Shown here: piece after piece, positions 1-9,158 of the stretch
Layout: every line of letters begins with the position of its first letter
Position numbering within the stretch: the stretch's first letter is position 1
DNA from: Pedosphaera sp.
GTDB taxonomy: Bacteria > Verrucomicrobiota > Verrucomicrobiia > Limisphaerales > SIBH01
NCBI GenBank assembly: GCA_031414955.1
Contig: JANOQV010000171.1
Coordinates: forward strand, 1-63,790
Direction of reading: 5' to 3'
DNA length: 63,790 nt
Position numbers and translations under genes: made by a program
Notes under the pieces: generated by a model
Databases searched by the model: none
Seen by the model: only the letters and a program-made list of their open reading frames with translations
What the model was told of the DNA's origin: nothing

Positions 1-190
1 CACGGGGGGTGGGGGGGCGTCCGCGTGTTTTTGGCGGCGCGTGTTTATGGTTTTTCCCCCGCCATTCACCCGGCGCGCCCCTATCTTGGGGGGGGGGGGG
101 GGGGGTGGGTTTTCCCGCCCAAGGTTTGGGGGCGCTCCGTCAGCCGGTGCGGCGGCGTTGGTGGCCGCAGAAAGTTTGAGGAAGTTTGAA

Positions 191-1231
191 ATGAGAACGA
201 AGAAAATATCCTTTGCGCTCGCGCTGCTGGTTGCCGCGCTGTTCACGACCGTGCTCCGCGCCGCGGACGATTTCGCCATCGGCCCCGTCATCGCCAAGGG
301 CAAGGGCCTGGAGATTCGCCGCAGCCAGCTCGACGACGCCTTCATCGCCTTCCGCGCCAATCTGGCCGCGCGCGGGCAGAGTCTGGCCGAGAACCGTCGC
401 GAAGGAGCCGAGGCCCAGTTGCTCGAACGCATCATCGTCACCCAGTTGCTGGTGAACAAGGCCACGGCGGCGGATCGCGAGAAGGCCAAGACCAACGCGG
501 TGAAGTTTTTCGACGAGTCGCGCAAGATGGCTGACTCGGAGGAGAGCTTCAGACGCTACCTCAAGTCGCTCGGCATGACGCTGGCCCAGTTCACCAATCG
601 CGCCGTGGAGCAGGCCGTCTCCGAGGAAGTCATCAATCGCGAGATCAAAAGTAAGATCGTCATCACCGAGACGGAGATGGAGCGATTCTACGAGACGAAC
701 AGTGACGCGTTCCAGCAGCCCGAGATCGCGCGGGCCAGCCACATCCTGTTCGCCACCAAGGATCTCAAGACGGGCCTGCCGCTCAGTGTGGAAGAGAAAA
801 CGGCGCGCAAGGCCAGGGCTGAAAAAATCCTGACCCGCGCCCGCTCAGAGGATTTCACCAAACTCGTGCTGGAGCTTTCCGAAGACCCCAGCGTGAAGGA
901 AAACAAGGGCGAGTACAAATTTACCCGCGCCAAGGATGATCCGCGCCGGGCCATGGTGCCGGAGTTCGAGACGGCGGCCTTCGCCCTCAAGACCAACCAG
1001 GTCAGCGGCCTGGTCGTGAGCGACTACGGCTACCACATCATCAAACTGCACGAGTTGACGCCCGCCAAGAAGCTGACCTTTCCCGAAGCGCGCGAGCGGA
1101 TTCGGGAATATCTCGGGCAAGTGGCGCTGGAGCGGCAAATGCCTGTTTACTTTGCCCAGTTGAAGAAAGACGCCGGCGTGGAGATCCCCGACGACAAGCT
1201 GCGCGCGGCGCTGGAGCGGGCCGCGCGGTAA
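191..1231 (+). CDS. PpiC-type peptidyl-prolyl isomerase (SurA/PrsA-like foldase)
   Basis: Signal peptide after ATG 191; ARASHILF, SED, MVPEFETAAFALK, SDYGYHIIK parvulin motifs. Confidence 0.9.
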   Translation: MRTKKISFALALLVAALFTTVLRAADDFAIGPVIAKGKGLEIRRSQLDDAFIAFRANLAARGQSLAENRREGAEAQLLERIIVTQLLVNKATAADREKAKTNAVKFFDESRKMADSEESFRRYLKSLGMTLAQFTNRAVEQAVSEEVINREIKSKIVITETEMERFYETNSDAFQQPEIARASHILFATKDLKTGLPLSVEEKTARKARAEKILTRARSEDFTKLVLELSEDPSVKENKGEYKFTRAKDDPRRAMVPEFETAAFALKTNQVSGLVVSDYGYHIIKLHELTPAKKLTFPEARERIREYLGQVALERQMPVYFAQLKKDAGVEIPDDKLRAALERAAR

Positions 1232-1252
1232 CGGGCGGGAAACAGCGGCGGT

Positions 1253-2242
1253 TCAATACCAATTACGCAGCCGCACTTCGATGCCCAGGTCCGTGCCCAG
1301 CCATTGTTTGAACAAGGGCGGGTTGGTGTAGAAGTTGCCGGAATCGCGGTAGTGGTACGGATAGACCACCTTGGGCCGCATGGAGCGAATGCAGTTGGTG
1401 GCGCTGATCCAGTTCATCGTAAAAGGCAGGTTCATCGCCAGGAACGCCACGTCGATGTCCGTCAGCGCGCGAATCTCCGCCACATCCCCCGTGTCGCCGC
1501 TGAAAAAGAGCCGTCGGCCACCCAGCATGAGCACGTAGCAGTTGTTGTTCGTGTAAACGTGATTGCCGTTGTAGCCCGGCACGGCCTGCACGGTCATGCC
1601 CTGCACGGTGGTGCTCTGGCCGTATTGCAGCGCGATAGCGTTGGCGCGGTAACCGGCGAAACTGGTGAGGTTGTAAACCCGCTGTGGCACGATGATCACG
1701 CCGCCGACATTGCGCAGCGCGGTCAGTTTCGCCGGGCTGTAATGATCACCATGCTCGTGCGTCACCAAGATCAAATCGGCCTGCGGCAAGCCGGCGTAAC
1801 GTGACTCGAAGGCCGCGTCGTCATCCGGATCGCTGTAGATAATTTTCCCGTTCCAACTCAGCACCACCGAGGCGTGGTAAAGCGGATGAATCACCACGTC
1901 GCCGTTCGTGGTCGCGAGATGATCCCCGGTCAGCGCGCCCGCGTTGGTAACTTGCTGGGCGCGATAGAACCGCGCGCTGGCCGCCCGCGCGGCAAAGTCC
2001 GTGTGCTGGTTCACCCCCGTGCTCTGGAGCGTGACCAGGCCGTTCCACTCATTGGAGGCCGCCAGATTGGTCGAGGCGTCGATGCGGTAGTTCAGGCCGG
2101 TCGGGGCGACGAACTTCAAGGCCACCTCCTGATTCGTCAGGCGGAGCAGATTGGTGAACTGGACGGCCTGCGCCCGGGCTGAAGGCGCCGCGACCAGCAG
2201 ACCAAGCAGCACCGCGCGGATGAGTTGGGATGAGTTCATCAT
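1253..2242 (-). CDS. Secreted MBL-fold metallo-hydrolase with N-terminal STNL..W/FYR beta domain
   Basis: THEHGDH, FSGDT, VYPYHY motifs; signal peptide; start chosen at MMNSS. Confidence 0.85.
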   Translation of the reverse strand: MMNSSQLIRAVLLGLLVAAPSARAQAVQFTNLLRLTNQEVALKFVAPTGLNYRIDASTNLAASNEWNGLVTLQSTGVNQHTDFAARAASARFYRAQQVTNAGALTGDHLATTNGDVVIHPLYHASVVLSWNGKIIYSDPDDDAAFESRYAGLPQADLILVTHEHGDHYSPAKLTALRNVGGVIIVPQRVYNLTSFAGYRANAIALQYGQSTTVQGMTVQAVPGYNGNHVYTNNNCYVLMLGGRRLFFSGDTGDVAEIRALTDIDVAFLAMNLPFTMNWISATNCIRSMRPKVVYPYHYRDSGNFYTNPPLFKQWLGTDLGIEVRLRNWY

Positions 2243-2333
2243 GGGTTCCGCTGAACAGACGGTGGGCATTCTTTTCGGTTACTGGAACGATTCTGCGATT
2301 CCCAATTGTCCGTTTCCGCTTTCAAATGCCCCG

Positions 2334-2951
2334 GTGGAAACACTGAGTTCAACTGCGGCCAACGAACCGGCCGTCATTTTCCGTCCGCCGTCGTATGTCG
2401 AACGGCTGGACTTGGCCACCTTGTTCACGACCCCGCAACCGCTCGAAGTGGAACTGGGCGCGGGCGACGGCTCGTTCTTCACGCAATGGGCGGCTCTGAA
2501 TCCGGGCACCAACCTGCTCGGTCTGGAGCGGTTGCTGGGACGCTTGCGGAAGATCGAACGCAAGTCGCGGCGGCTGGGGCTGACCAACGTCCGTGCCTTG
2601 CGCCTGGAAGCATCTTACTTCACGGAGTTCCTGCTGCCGCGCGATTCCGTCAGCGCGTTTCACATTTATTTCCCCGACCCGTGGCCGAAACGGAAACATC
2701 GGGCGAACCGATTGATCAATGAGCCGTTCACCGAGGTGGTGCGGGCGGCGTTGGCGGCCAACGGCGTGGTTTATCTCCGCACCGACGACGCTGATTACTT
2801 TGCCCAGATGACCCGGGTGTTCGATGGCAACAAACATTTCGTGCCTGTGCCCACGCCAGAACGGCTGGCTGCCGTGCTCACTGATTTCGAGCGCACGTTC
2901 GTCGCGCGGGGAATTCAAACGAACCGCGCGGCCTACCGGCGAATTGGTTGA
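2334..2951 (+). CDS. trmB: tRNA (guanine-N7)-methyltransferase
   Basis: VELGAGDG, IYFPDPWPKRKHRANRL, LRTD, TDFE motifs; GTG start approximate. Confidence 0.92.
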   Translation: METLSSTAANEPAVIFRPPSYVERLDLATLFTTPQPLEVELGAGDGSFFTQWAALNPGTNLLGLERLLGRLRKIERKSRRLGLTNVRALRLEASYFTEFLLPRDSVSAFHIYFPDPWPKRKHRANRLINEPFTEVVRAALAANGVVYLRTDDADYFAQMTRVFDGNKHFVPVPTPERLAAVLTDFERTFVARGIQTNRAAYRRIG

Positions 2952-3085
2952 GCAACCGTCTTGGATGGAGATGCCAACTGCCGCCGCCGAATCACCACCA
3001 CTTTCAACCGCCCGCGCGCCCGACATCGCCTTTGCCTTGGAGGTCAGGGGTAAACTACCGTGGCTCGCGTTCACCGAAACGAATC

Positions 3086-4192
3086 ATGAAATCATTTACC
3101 CACACGCTCTCCCTGTCGCTGCTGGCCACGCTGACTTTGCTGAGTCGCGCCGCTGACGGACCTCTTGCCGCCAACCGCGTCGAGGGCGACACGCTGTTCT
3201 TCACCGGCGCGGGCAAGGCCACGGCGACGGCGCAGTTGCTGCGCGTGCCCTCCGTGCCGCCGCGACTGGCGAGCGCGAACGGGTCGATGGAGTTTGAGGC
3301 CGGACGCGACTACATCTGGCAGACCGGTTCGCGCACGGTGACGCTCACGGCGGGTTCGCGCGTCCCGTTCAAGAGGACGGACGAACTGCATCCCGCGCCA
3401 AACTCACCGAACGCCTACAAATCCCAGCGCGGCACCGACCGCTGGATGTTCTTCGGCCCGGGCCGCGTGATCCACGACCTGCAATGCGTGGCCAGCTACG
3501 CGAGCGTCGATGACTGGCGCGTGCCGCTGCCCGCCGCCGCGCCGGACGAACAACTCGACGGACTCCGCGCGAAACTGCGCGCCAAGCAGCCGGTGAAGTT
3601 CGTCATGCTCGGCGACAGCATCTCGACCGAGGCCGACGCCTCGGCACTGGCCAAGGTGTGGCCGCATCAGCCCGGCTACCCGAGCCTCGTCGCCCGCGCG
3701 CTGGAGACGCGCTTCGGCGGCAAGGTGACGCTCAAGAATCTCTCGAAGGGAGGGATGGACTCCAAATGGGGCGTGACCCGCGTGCCGGACGTGATCGCGG
3801 AGAAACCCGACTTGTTCCTCGTCGCCTTCGGCATGAACGACGCCTCGGGCCGGCGCACGGCAGACGAGTTCGCGCGCGTCACGAAACAAATCATCGAGCC
3901 AGTCCGGGCCGCGTTCCCGGAATGCGCTGTGATCTTGGTTTCTTCGATGACGGCGAACAGCGAATGGATTCACTCCGCGCCGGAACTTTATCCCGCCTAC
4001 GCCAAGTCACTGGCTCAACTCACCGGCCCCGGCATTGCGCTGGCCGACGTTACCTCCGCGTGGACCGCCGTCGAGTCGCGCAAGAAACACTTCGACCTCA
4101 CTGGCAACGGCCTCAATCACCCGAACGACTTCGGCCATCGTCTCTATGCCGAGACGATTCTGGCGGTGATTGGCGGCGGGAATGCGGAGTAA
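3086..4192 (+). CDS. SGNH/GDSL hydrolase family protein, secreted
   Basis: LGDSIS, FGMND, NHPNDFGH blocks; signal peptide. Confidence 0.88.
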   Translation: MKSFTHTLSLSLLATLTLLSRAADGPLAANRVEGDTLFFTGAGKATATAQLLRVPSVPPRLASANGSMEFEAGRDYIWQTGSRTVTLTAGSRVPFKRTDELHPAPNSPNAYKSQRGTDRWMFFGPGRVIHDLQCVASYASVDDWRVPLPAAAPDEQLDGLRAKLRAKQPVKFVMLGDSISTEADASALAKVWPHQPGYPSLVARALETRFGGKVTLKNLSKGGMDSKWGVTRVPDVIAEKPDLFLVAFGMNDASGRRTADEFARVTKQIIEPVRAAFPECAVILVSSMTANSEWIHSAPELYPAYAKSLAQLTGPGIALADVTSAWTAVESRKKHFDLTGNGLNHPNDFGHRLYAETILAVIGGGNAE

Positions 4193-4201
4193 GGTTGCCG
4201 A

Positions 4202-4283
4202 GGAGCGCCGCAATCCTTGCGGCGCGATCGTCATCGTCTCACCAACGCGGCATACCAACGCGCCGCATGGAATGCGGCGCTCC
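4202..4283. repeat. REP-like inverted doublet (GGAG type)
   Basis: GGAGCGCCGCAATCCTTGCGGCGC (4202-4225) and CGCCGCATGGAATGCGGCGCTCC (4261-4283), each a hairpin, in inverted orientation. Confidence 0.75.
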
Positions 4284-4284
4284 G

Positions 4285-4608
4285 TTATTGCGCTTGCACG
4301 CGGACGAAGAGTTTCGGATTCGCCAGCAGCGCCTGGCTGAGGGTGACGGGCACGGTTTCGATTCCGTTTGTCGCGGTGATTGTTCCCACGACGGCACCGG
4401 TGTCTCGCGTCCAGGTGGTCAGATTCGTCGAGGTCCAGATGCTGTAGGTCACGCTGGGGTCGGCGCGCCGAGTGTAACTGAAGACGCTGGTGGTGAGCAT
4501 CGGCGGCACGACGATCAGGGAGTTGGTGGAGTTGATGGGCGTGTCCACAATTTGGAAGCCGCCGGGAACGGTCACCGTCTGCGTCGCGCCTGTCAGGTCG
4601 CTAAACAA
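4285..4608 (-). pseudogene. C-terminal remnant of a secreted protein (STNL..W / FVRV domain)
   Basis: YSIWTSTNLTTW...KLFVRVQAQ; no signal peptide and only a weak TTG start. Confidence 0.55.
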
Positions 4609-4660
4609 TGGCGTGCCCGCTCTGAGTTGCGTCCGCTGTCCGAATCCCTAATCTCCCGCC

Positions 4661-5309
4661 ATGCCGCTCTCCTGGAACGAAATCAAACACCGCGCCATTG
4701 CCTTCTCGAAGGAATGGAAGGACGAGACGCGCGAAGAGGCTGAGGCGAAATCTTTCTGGGACGCCTTCTTCCACGTCTTCGGCCAGCAACGCCGCCACGT
4801 CGCCAGCTACGAGGAGCCGGTGAAGAAACTCTCCGGCGACTGGGGCTTCATTGATCTCTTCTGGCCCAAGACCCTGCTGGCCGAACACAAGAGCGCCGGC
4901 AAAGACCTTGGCAGAGCCGCTGCGCAGGGCATGGAATACATCCGCGCGCTCGTGGACAGCGGACGGGGCAAGGAAGTCCCGCGCTACCTCATCGTCTCCG
5001 ACTTCCGCCGCATCGCCATTCACGACCTCGAACCGGAGCAGGATCCCGACGCGCCGCTTTTCCAGCGCCTCCCACCCAGCTTCTAGTTTCCACTCGCCGA
5101 TTTCCACAAGCACATCCGGCACTTCTTCTTCATCGCGGGCTACAAGCAGCACAAGCTCAACCCCGAAGACCCCGCCAACGAGGAAGCCACGCGCCTCATG
5201 TGCGACCTGCACGACGCGCTGGAGGCCGGCGACTACGGCACCGACGCCACGGGGCGAGCCGCTCGCCCCCACCGCGAAGGCTCGGCCGAAGCACCTGCGG
5301 AAAGTATGA
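4661..5309 (+). pseudogene. MmeI-like type IIL restriction-modification enzyme, N-terminal remnant with internal deletion
   Basis: MPLSWNEIK..FW..FF.VFG..IDLFWP..LLAEHKSAGKDL..PRYLIVSDF; in-frame TAG at 5084-5086, homology continues (FPLADFHKHI..LHDALEAG) to about 5258, then jumps frame to a C-terminal tail PLAPTAKA..V-stop at 5309. Confidence 0.85.
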
Positions 5310-5400
5310 GCCGTGCATCCTTCATCGGCAGTCTTCATTTGGCATTCGCCAGTCATTGCCCTAGTCTTTGCCACTAAGAATCTGCACCGAACCTTTTTGT

Positions 5401-6636
5401 ATGTCGGCGAAACGCAAATATCCGAAACTCTTGATCAGCAACCTCGGCCCAATCTGCCGGGCTGAAGTTGAATTCGGCGATCTCACTGTGCTCGTGGGGC
5501 CGCAGGCATCTGGCAAGAGCATTTTGCTCCAGATGTTGAAGCTGGTGACCGATTACCGTTCCGTCGCCGCCACGCTGCGGAAACAAGGCTATGCCTTGAA
5601 CGGTGGGGGCGCAGCCCTGTTGGAAGCGTTCTTTGGCGAGGGCATGGACAACCTTTGGAAAGACGGTGTTACCGAGGTGAACTGGAAAGGGGAGAGCATG
5701 GTGCTCTCGGACCTTACGCCCGGGAAAATCCATGCGAAATCACCAGCCTCTCTTTTTTACATCCCCGCGCACCGAGTGTTGACGTTCAAGAATGGCTGGC
5801 CTCGCCATTTTGGAGACTACAGCGCCGGCGATCCCTATGTCGTAGAGGATTTCAGTGAACAACTCCGCTTGATGATGGAGTCTGGACTCGGCAGAGGAGA
5901 GGCGATTTTCCCCCAAGCAGGCCGGTTGACCGAAGCGACTCGGAAGCTGCTCAAACGCGGCATATTCGGGGACTTCGCGCTCAAGCAAGAGCAGGGTGGG
6001 CTGCGCAAGCGGCTGGTTCTCCAGCGCAAAGGTGAAAAGGCATTGCCATTCATGGTCTGGTCGGCTGGCCAGCGCGAGTTCACTCCGCTCCTCCTTGGGC
6101 TTTACCACTTGATGCCGTCGGCGGGAGCCGGAAAGAGAAAGCCCATCGACTGGGTCGTGCTCGAAGAACCCGAAATGGGGCTTCACCCGCGCGCCATCGA
6201 GTCGGTGCTCTGGCTGGTCATGGAGTTGATGGAACGAGGATACCGGGTGTGCATTTCCACGCATTCGCCCCATGTGCTCGATCTCGTCTGGGCTTTGCGT
6301 GTCTTAAAGGACCGTGAGTCGTCGCCTGACTCGTTGCTAGAACTCTTTAACCTCCCCCCCAGCGTCAAGACGACCAAGGTTGCGGAAAGCGTTTTGCAAA
6401 AGCGGTTGAAAGTTTATTACTTCGACCGCGAAGCCCAAGCGACCGTTGATATCTCCCGCCTGGATCCCAGCTCTGCCGCCGAGGCGGAAAACAGTTGGGG
6501 CGGCTTCACCACCTTCAGTTCTCATGCTGCTGATGTCGTTGCGGGATTGGAGAACTCCGCACCCGAGGATTCCGAAGGTGTCGTCCCTGACGAAGCAGAT
6601 CCGGCCGTCGAGCCTGGCGTTCAGGCGGCTACTTGA
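5401..6636 (+). CDS. ABC-type/AAA ATPase (AAA_15/AAA_21-like, soluble)
   Basis: Walker A GPQASGKS, signature WSAGQRE, Walker B/D-loop VVLEEPEMGLHP, H-loop STHSP; no TM segments; visibly lower GC than flanks. Confidence 0.88.
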   Translation: MSAKRKYPKLLISNLGPICRAEVEFGDLTVLVGPQASGKSILLQMLKLVTDYRSVAATLRKQGYALNGGGAALLEAFFGEGMDNLWKDGVTEVNWKGESMVLSDLTPGKIHAKSPASLFYIPAHRVLTFKNGWPRHFGDYSAGDPYVVEDFSEQLRLMMESGLGRGEAIFPQAGRLTEATRKLLKRGIFGDFALKQEQGGLRKRLVLQRKGEKALPFMVWSAGQREFTPLLLGLYHLMPSAGAGKRKPIDWVVLEEPEMGLHPRAIESVLWLVMELMERGYRVCISTHSPHVLDLVWALRVLKDRESSPDSLLELFNLPPSVKTTKVAESVLQKRLKVYYFDREAQATVDISRLDPSSAAEAENSWGGFTTFSSHAADVVAGLENSAPEDSEGVVPDEADPAVEPGVQAAT

Positions 6637-7124
6637 GCAAGCACGTCATGGAGAACCACGGGAAGTTTAAGGCGGCGGTCGAAGCCACGCCGTCCATTCG
6701 CCGGGCCTACCATCCAGGACTGCAAGCTTTGCCCAAGGCTGACCGCAACCGGCTCACTGATCGCGATCTTGCAACTGGGAGCGTGTTTGTTGATAAGACC
6801 CTCGAAGATTCCAACCTTCATACGAACTCACATCGCTGGGACTATGGGATTGGGCTTGGAAATACGCATGTAGGAGAACGCATTCTATGGCTGGAAACTC
6901 ATCACGCCGCCAGCGGGGAAACCAAGCGGGTTCTGTTGAAGCTTGATTGGCTTAAATCGTGGCTGCGAAAGGAAGCCCCGGAACTGAACAAGTTGCCAAG
7001 CAAGTTCGTGTGGTTGTTGACCAACACGGAGAACAACCCAAATGATCGACAGCGTCGCGCGCAGGCCGCAGAGAGAAATTTATTAATTCGTGCGCAAGGA
7101 ACTCTGCACCTGAGCAAGTTCTAG
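6633..7124 (+). CDS. Hypothetical protein, possible PD-(D/E)xK-like nuclease; partner of the ATPase
   Basis: TTG start overlaps ATPase TGA (alternative ATG 6648); RWDYGIG...WLETH...KLDWLKSWL pattern. Confidence 0.7.
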   Translation: MSKHVMENHGKFKAAVEATPSIRRAYHPGLQALPKADRNRLTDRDLATGSVFVDKTLEDSNLHTNSHRWDYGIGLGNTHVGERILWLETHHAASGETKRVLLKLDWLKSWLRKEAPELNKLPSKFVWLLTNTENNPNDRQRRAQAAERNLLIRAQGTLHLSKF

Positions 7125-7370
7125 CTGGACGCGCGGGCGGGCTTCCCCAGCGCGACGCTGGCGGACCTTTACGACCCGCTGGCCATGCCGCCCGCGCTGG
7201 CCGCCGCCCACGCCGCGCTGGATAAGGCCGTGGACAAATGCTACCGCCCCGCCGATTTCCCCAGCGACCGCGCCCGCGTGGAATACCTCTTCCAACTCTA
7301 CGAGCAACTCACCGCCCCGCTCGCCCCCACAGCGAAAGCAAAGAAGCCCACACGAGTGAAAAAGTCATGA
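7125..7370 (+). pseudogene. MmeI-like enzyme C-terminal domain remnant
   Basis: LDARAGFPSATLADLYDPLAMPPAL..AHAALDKAVDKCY..RVEYLFQLY, the characteristic MmeI C-terminus; begins immediately after the TAG of the upstream gene. Confidence 0.85.
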
Positions 7371-7427
7371 GCTTGAATGACGTTCTGCGAGTACGGTCGC
7401 TCTGTTGCAACACGCTTGGAGAAGTCG

Positions 7428-7458
7428 CCGGAGCGCCGCAATCTTTGCGGCGCTCCGG
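7428..7458. repeat. REP-like hairpin between convergent genes (same family as 4202-4283)
   Basis: CCGGAGCGCCGCAA-TCT-TTGCGGCGCTCCGG perfect 14-bp stem. Confidence 0.75.
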
Positions 7459-7495
7459 ACGCAAATCACAGAGGCGAACTCCGTTGTCGTCGGCC

Positions 7496-8908
7496 TCACA
7501 CCTCCACCCACTTGCCCGGCACGGGCGCGGGGTAGCGGCCGCTGGCGTCGGCTTGCACGGGGGCGGGGCTGTCGGCGGTGAGTTTGTCCACGTCGGGGAA
7601 GAACTGAAAGTTCGAGGCCATCATCTCGTCCCAGGTCACGGTGCGGCCCATGTGGACGGCGGCGCGGCCCATTTGGGCGGCGAGGTTCGAGTAGGCGGCT
7701 CGGCGCAGTTCGTTGTGCGGTTTGTTGTGGCGGATGGCGTCGAGCAGCACGTCCCATTCGGCCTGCCACGGGTTGACCGTTTCCTTGGGCGAACGCCACG
7801 CGACGTTGGCGCGGTTGATGTGCCGGTCCTTGTAGATGAAACAGTCGGGGGCGTGGGTGTCGCCGGAAAATTTCGCCGCCGCCTTGCTGCCATGCACGTA
7901 GGTCGCGAATTCGCTGTGCGTCTTCGGAATGTAGCGGCCGTTGACGTGCGCCTTGGTGCCGTCGGCGAAGGTGAACTCGACCGAGTAGCTGTCGAGATTC
8001 TGGCTGGCGTCGGTGCTGCCGGCGAAGCGTCCGCCGACGCCGTGCGCGGAGACCGGCCACGAGTCCTTGACCCAGAAGCACTCGTCCATCTGGTGAATCA
8101 TCAGCTCAATGAAGATGCCGCCGGACGACCACATGAACTGGTAGGGATGCCCCGGACTGAGCTGCCAGAGCAGTTCGTTCTGGTCCTTGGGAAACGGCGG
8201 CATGAAGTAGCCGGAGTCCATGCGATAAGCGCGGAGATTCAGCACGTCGCCGAGTGCGCCCTCGCGGATTTTCTGAATCATGGCCTGCCGTGCAGACGAA
8301 TGGCGACACATCAGGCCGCAGGCGATCTTGAGACCTTTCTTCTCCGCCGCCTCGCCGGCTTTGAGCAGGCGCTTGATGCCGCCGGGGTCGGGCGCAAAGG
8401 TTTTTTCCATGAAGACATGCACGCCCTTCTGCACGGCGTATTCGAGATGCTGCGCGCGAAAGGACGAAAACGTGGTGAGCAATGCGACGTCGCCGGGCTT
8501 GAGGCAATCGATGGCATGGCGATAGGCGTCGAAGCCGCGGAACCGGCGCTCCGGCGGGACATCGACGCGGTCGCCGAGAGTTTGTTTCAACACGCCGTGT
8601 TTCTCGTCGAGCCGGTCCTGACGGAGATCCGCCATCGCGACGAGCTTGACGGGGTTGAGGGAAAGTTCGCCGGGAGAAGCCTGCCTTCCAGAATTGTCGC
8701 CCAGCACCAGACCACCGGCGGACATGGCGTTGGCCACCGCGCCGGAGCCGCGTCCGCCGCTGCCGATGAGCGCGAGTTGAATCGTGTTATTCTCCGCGGC
8801 GTGAACATGCGGCAGCACCACGCCCGCGAGCGCGGACGCGGCGGCGAAGCAGCCGGTGGTCTGGATGAAAGAGCGACGCGAGGGCAGGGGATCGGGTGTG
8901 GTGTTCAT
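7496..8908 (-). CDS. Gfo/Idh/MocA family oxidoreductase with Tat signal
   Basis: SRRSFI twin-arginine motif, LIGSGGRG, HVFMEK. Confidence 0.9.
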   Translation of the reverse strand: MNTTPDPLPSRRSFIQTTGCFAAASALAGVVLPHVHAAENNTIQLALIGSGGRGSGAVANAMSAGGLVLGDNSGRQASPGELSLNPVKLVAMADLRQDRLDEKHGVLKQTLGDRVDVPPERRFRGFDAYRHAIDCLKPGDVALLTTFSSFRAQHLEYAVQKGVHVFMEKTFAPDPGGIKRLLKAGEAAEKKGLKIACGLMCRHSSARQAMIQKIREGALGDVLNLRAYRMDSGYFMPPFPKDQNELLWQLSPGHPYQFMWSSGGIFIELMIHQMDECFWVKDSWPVSAHGVGGRFAGSTDASQNLDSYSVEFTFADGTKAHVNGRYIPKTHSEFATYVHGSKAAAKFSGDTHAPDCFIYKDRHINRANVAWRSPKETVNPWQAEWDVLLDAIRHNKPHNELRRAAYSNLAAQMGRAAVHMGRTVTWDEMMASNFQFFPDVDKLTADSPAPVQADASGRYPAPVPGKWVEV

Positions 8909-9011
8909 GGCTTTAAGCTCACCGGCCAGCGTGAAGTCTGTCGAACAAAAATTCCATCGAGGTGGTGGCTGGGATTGCGGCCGTGATGGCAAGATTCGCT
9001 CTCAAGCGATC

Positions 9012-9085
9012 GGGTGCATCTTGAAAGCACCACCAACACGAGACTGGAAAGTCTCCCTACCTGCCGGCTCGAAAGCCGGCGCTAC
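9012..9085. repeat. Partial IS-end plus GTAG-type REP
   Basis: GGGTGCATCTTGA (13 bp identical to IS end at 62659) followed by hairpins AGACTGGAAAGTCT and GCCGGCTCGAAAGCCGGCGCTAC. Confidence 0.55.
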
Positions 9086-9158
9086 CGCAACGCCGTAACG
9101 CCGGATTGACGGCCCGGCCCCACCGGCCTAGCCTGCCCACGTTCCAAAAATCACCATT

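Noticed and set aside
1..135. G/C homopolymer-rich stretch extending the first ORF to 41
   Set aside because: Looks like low-quality contig-end sequence; the PPIase signal peptide starts at ATG 191
7238..8986. 582-aa plus-strand ORF, and similar long antisense ORFs at 22301-24010, 28363-30432 and 57925-59595
   Set aside because: Shadows of well-supported genes on the opposite strand
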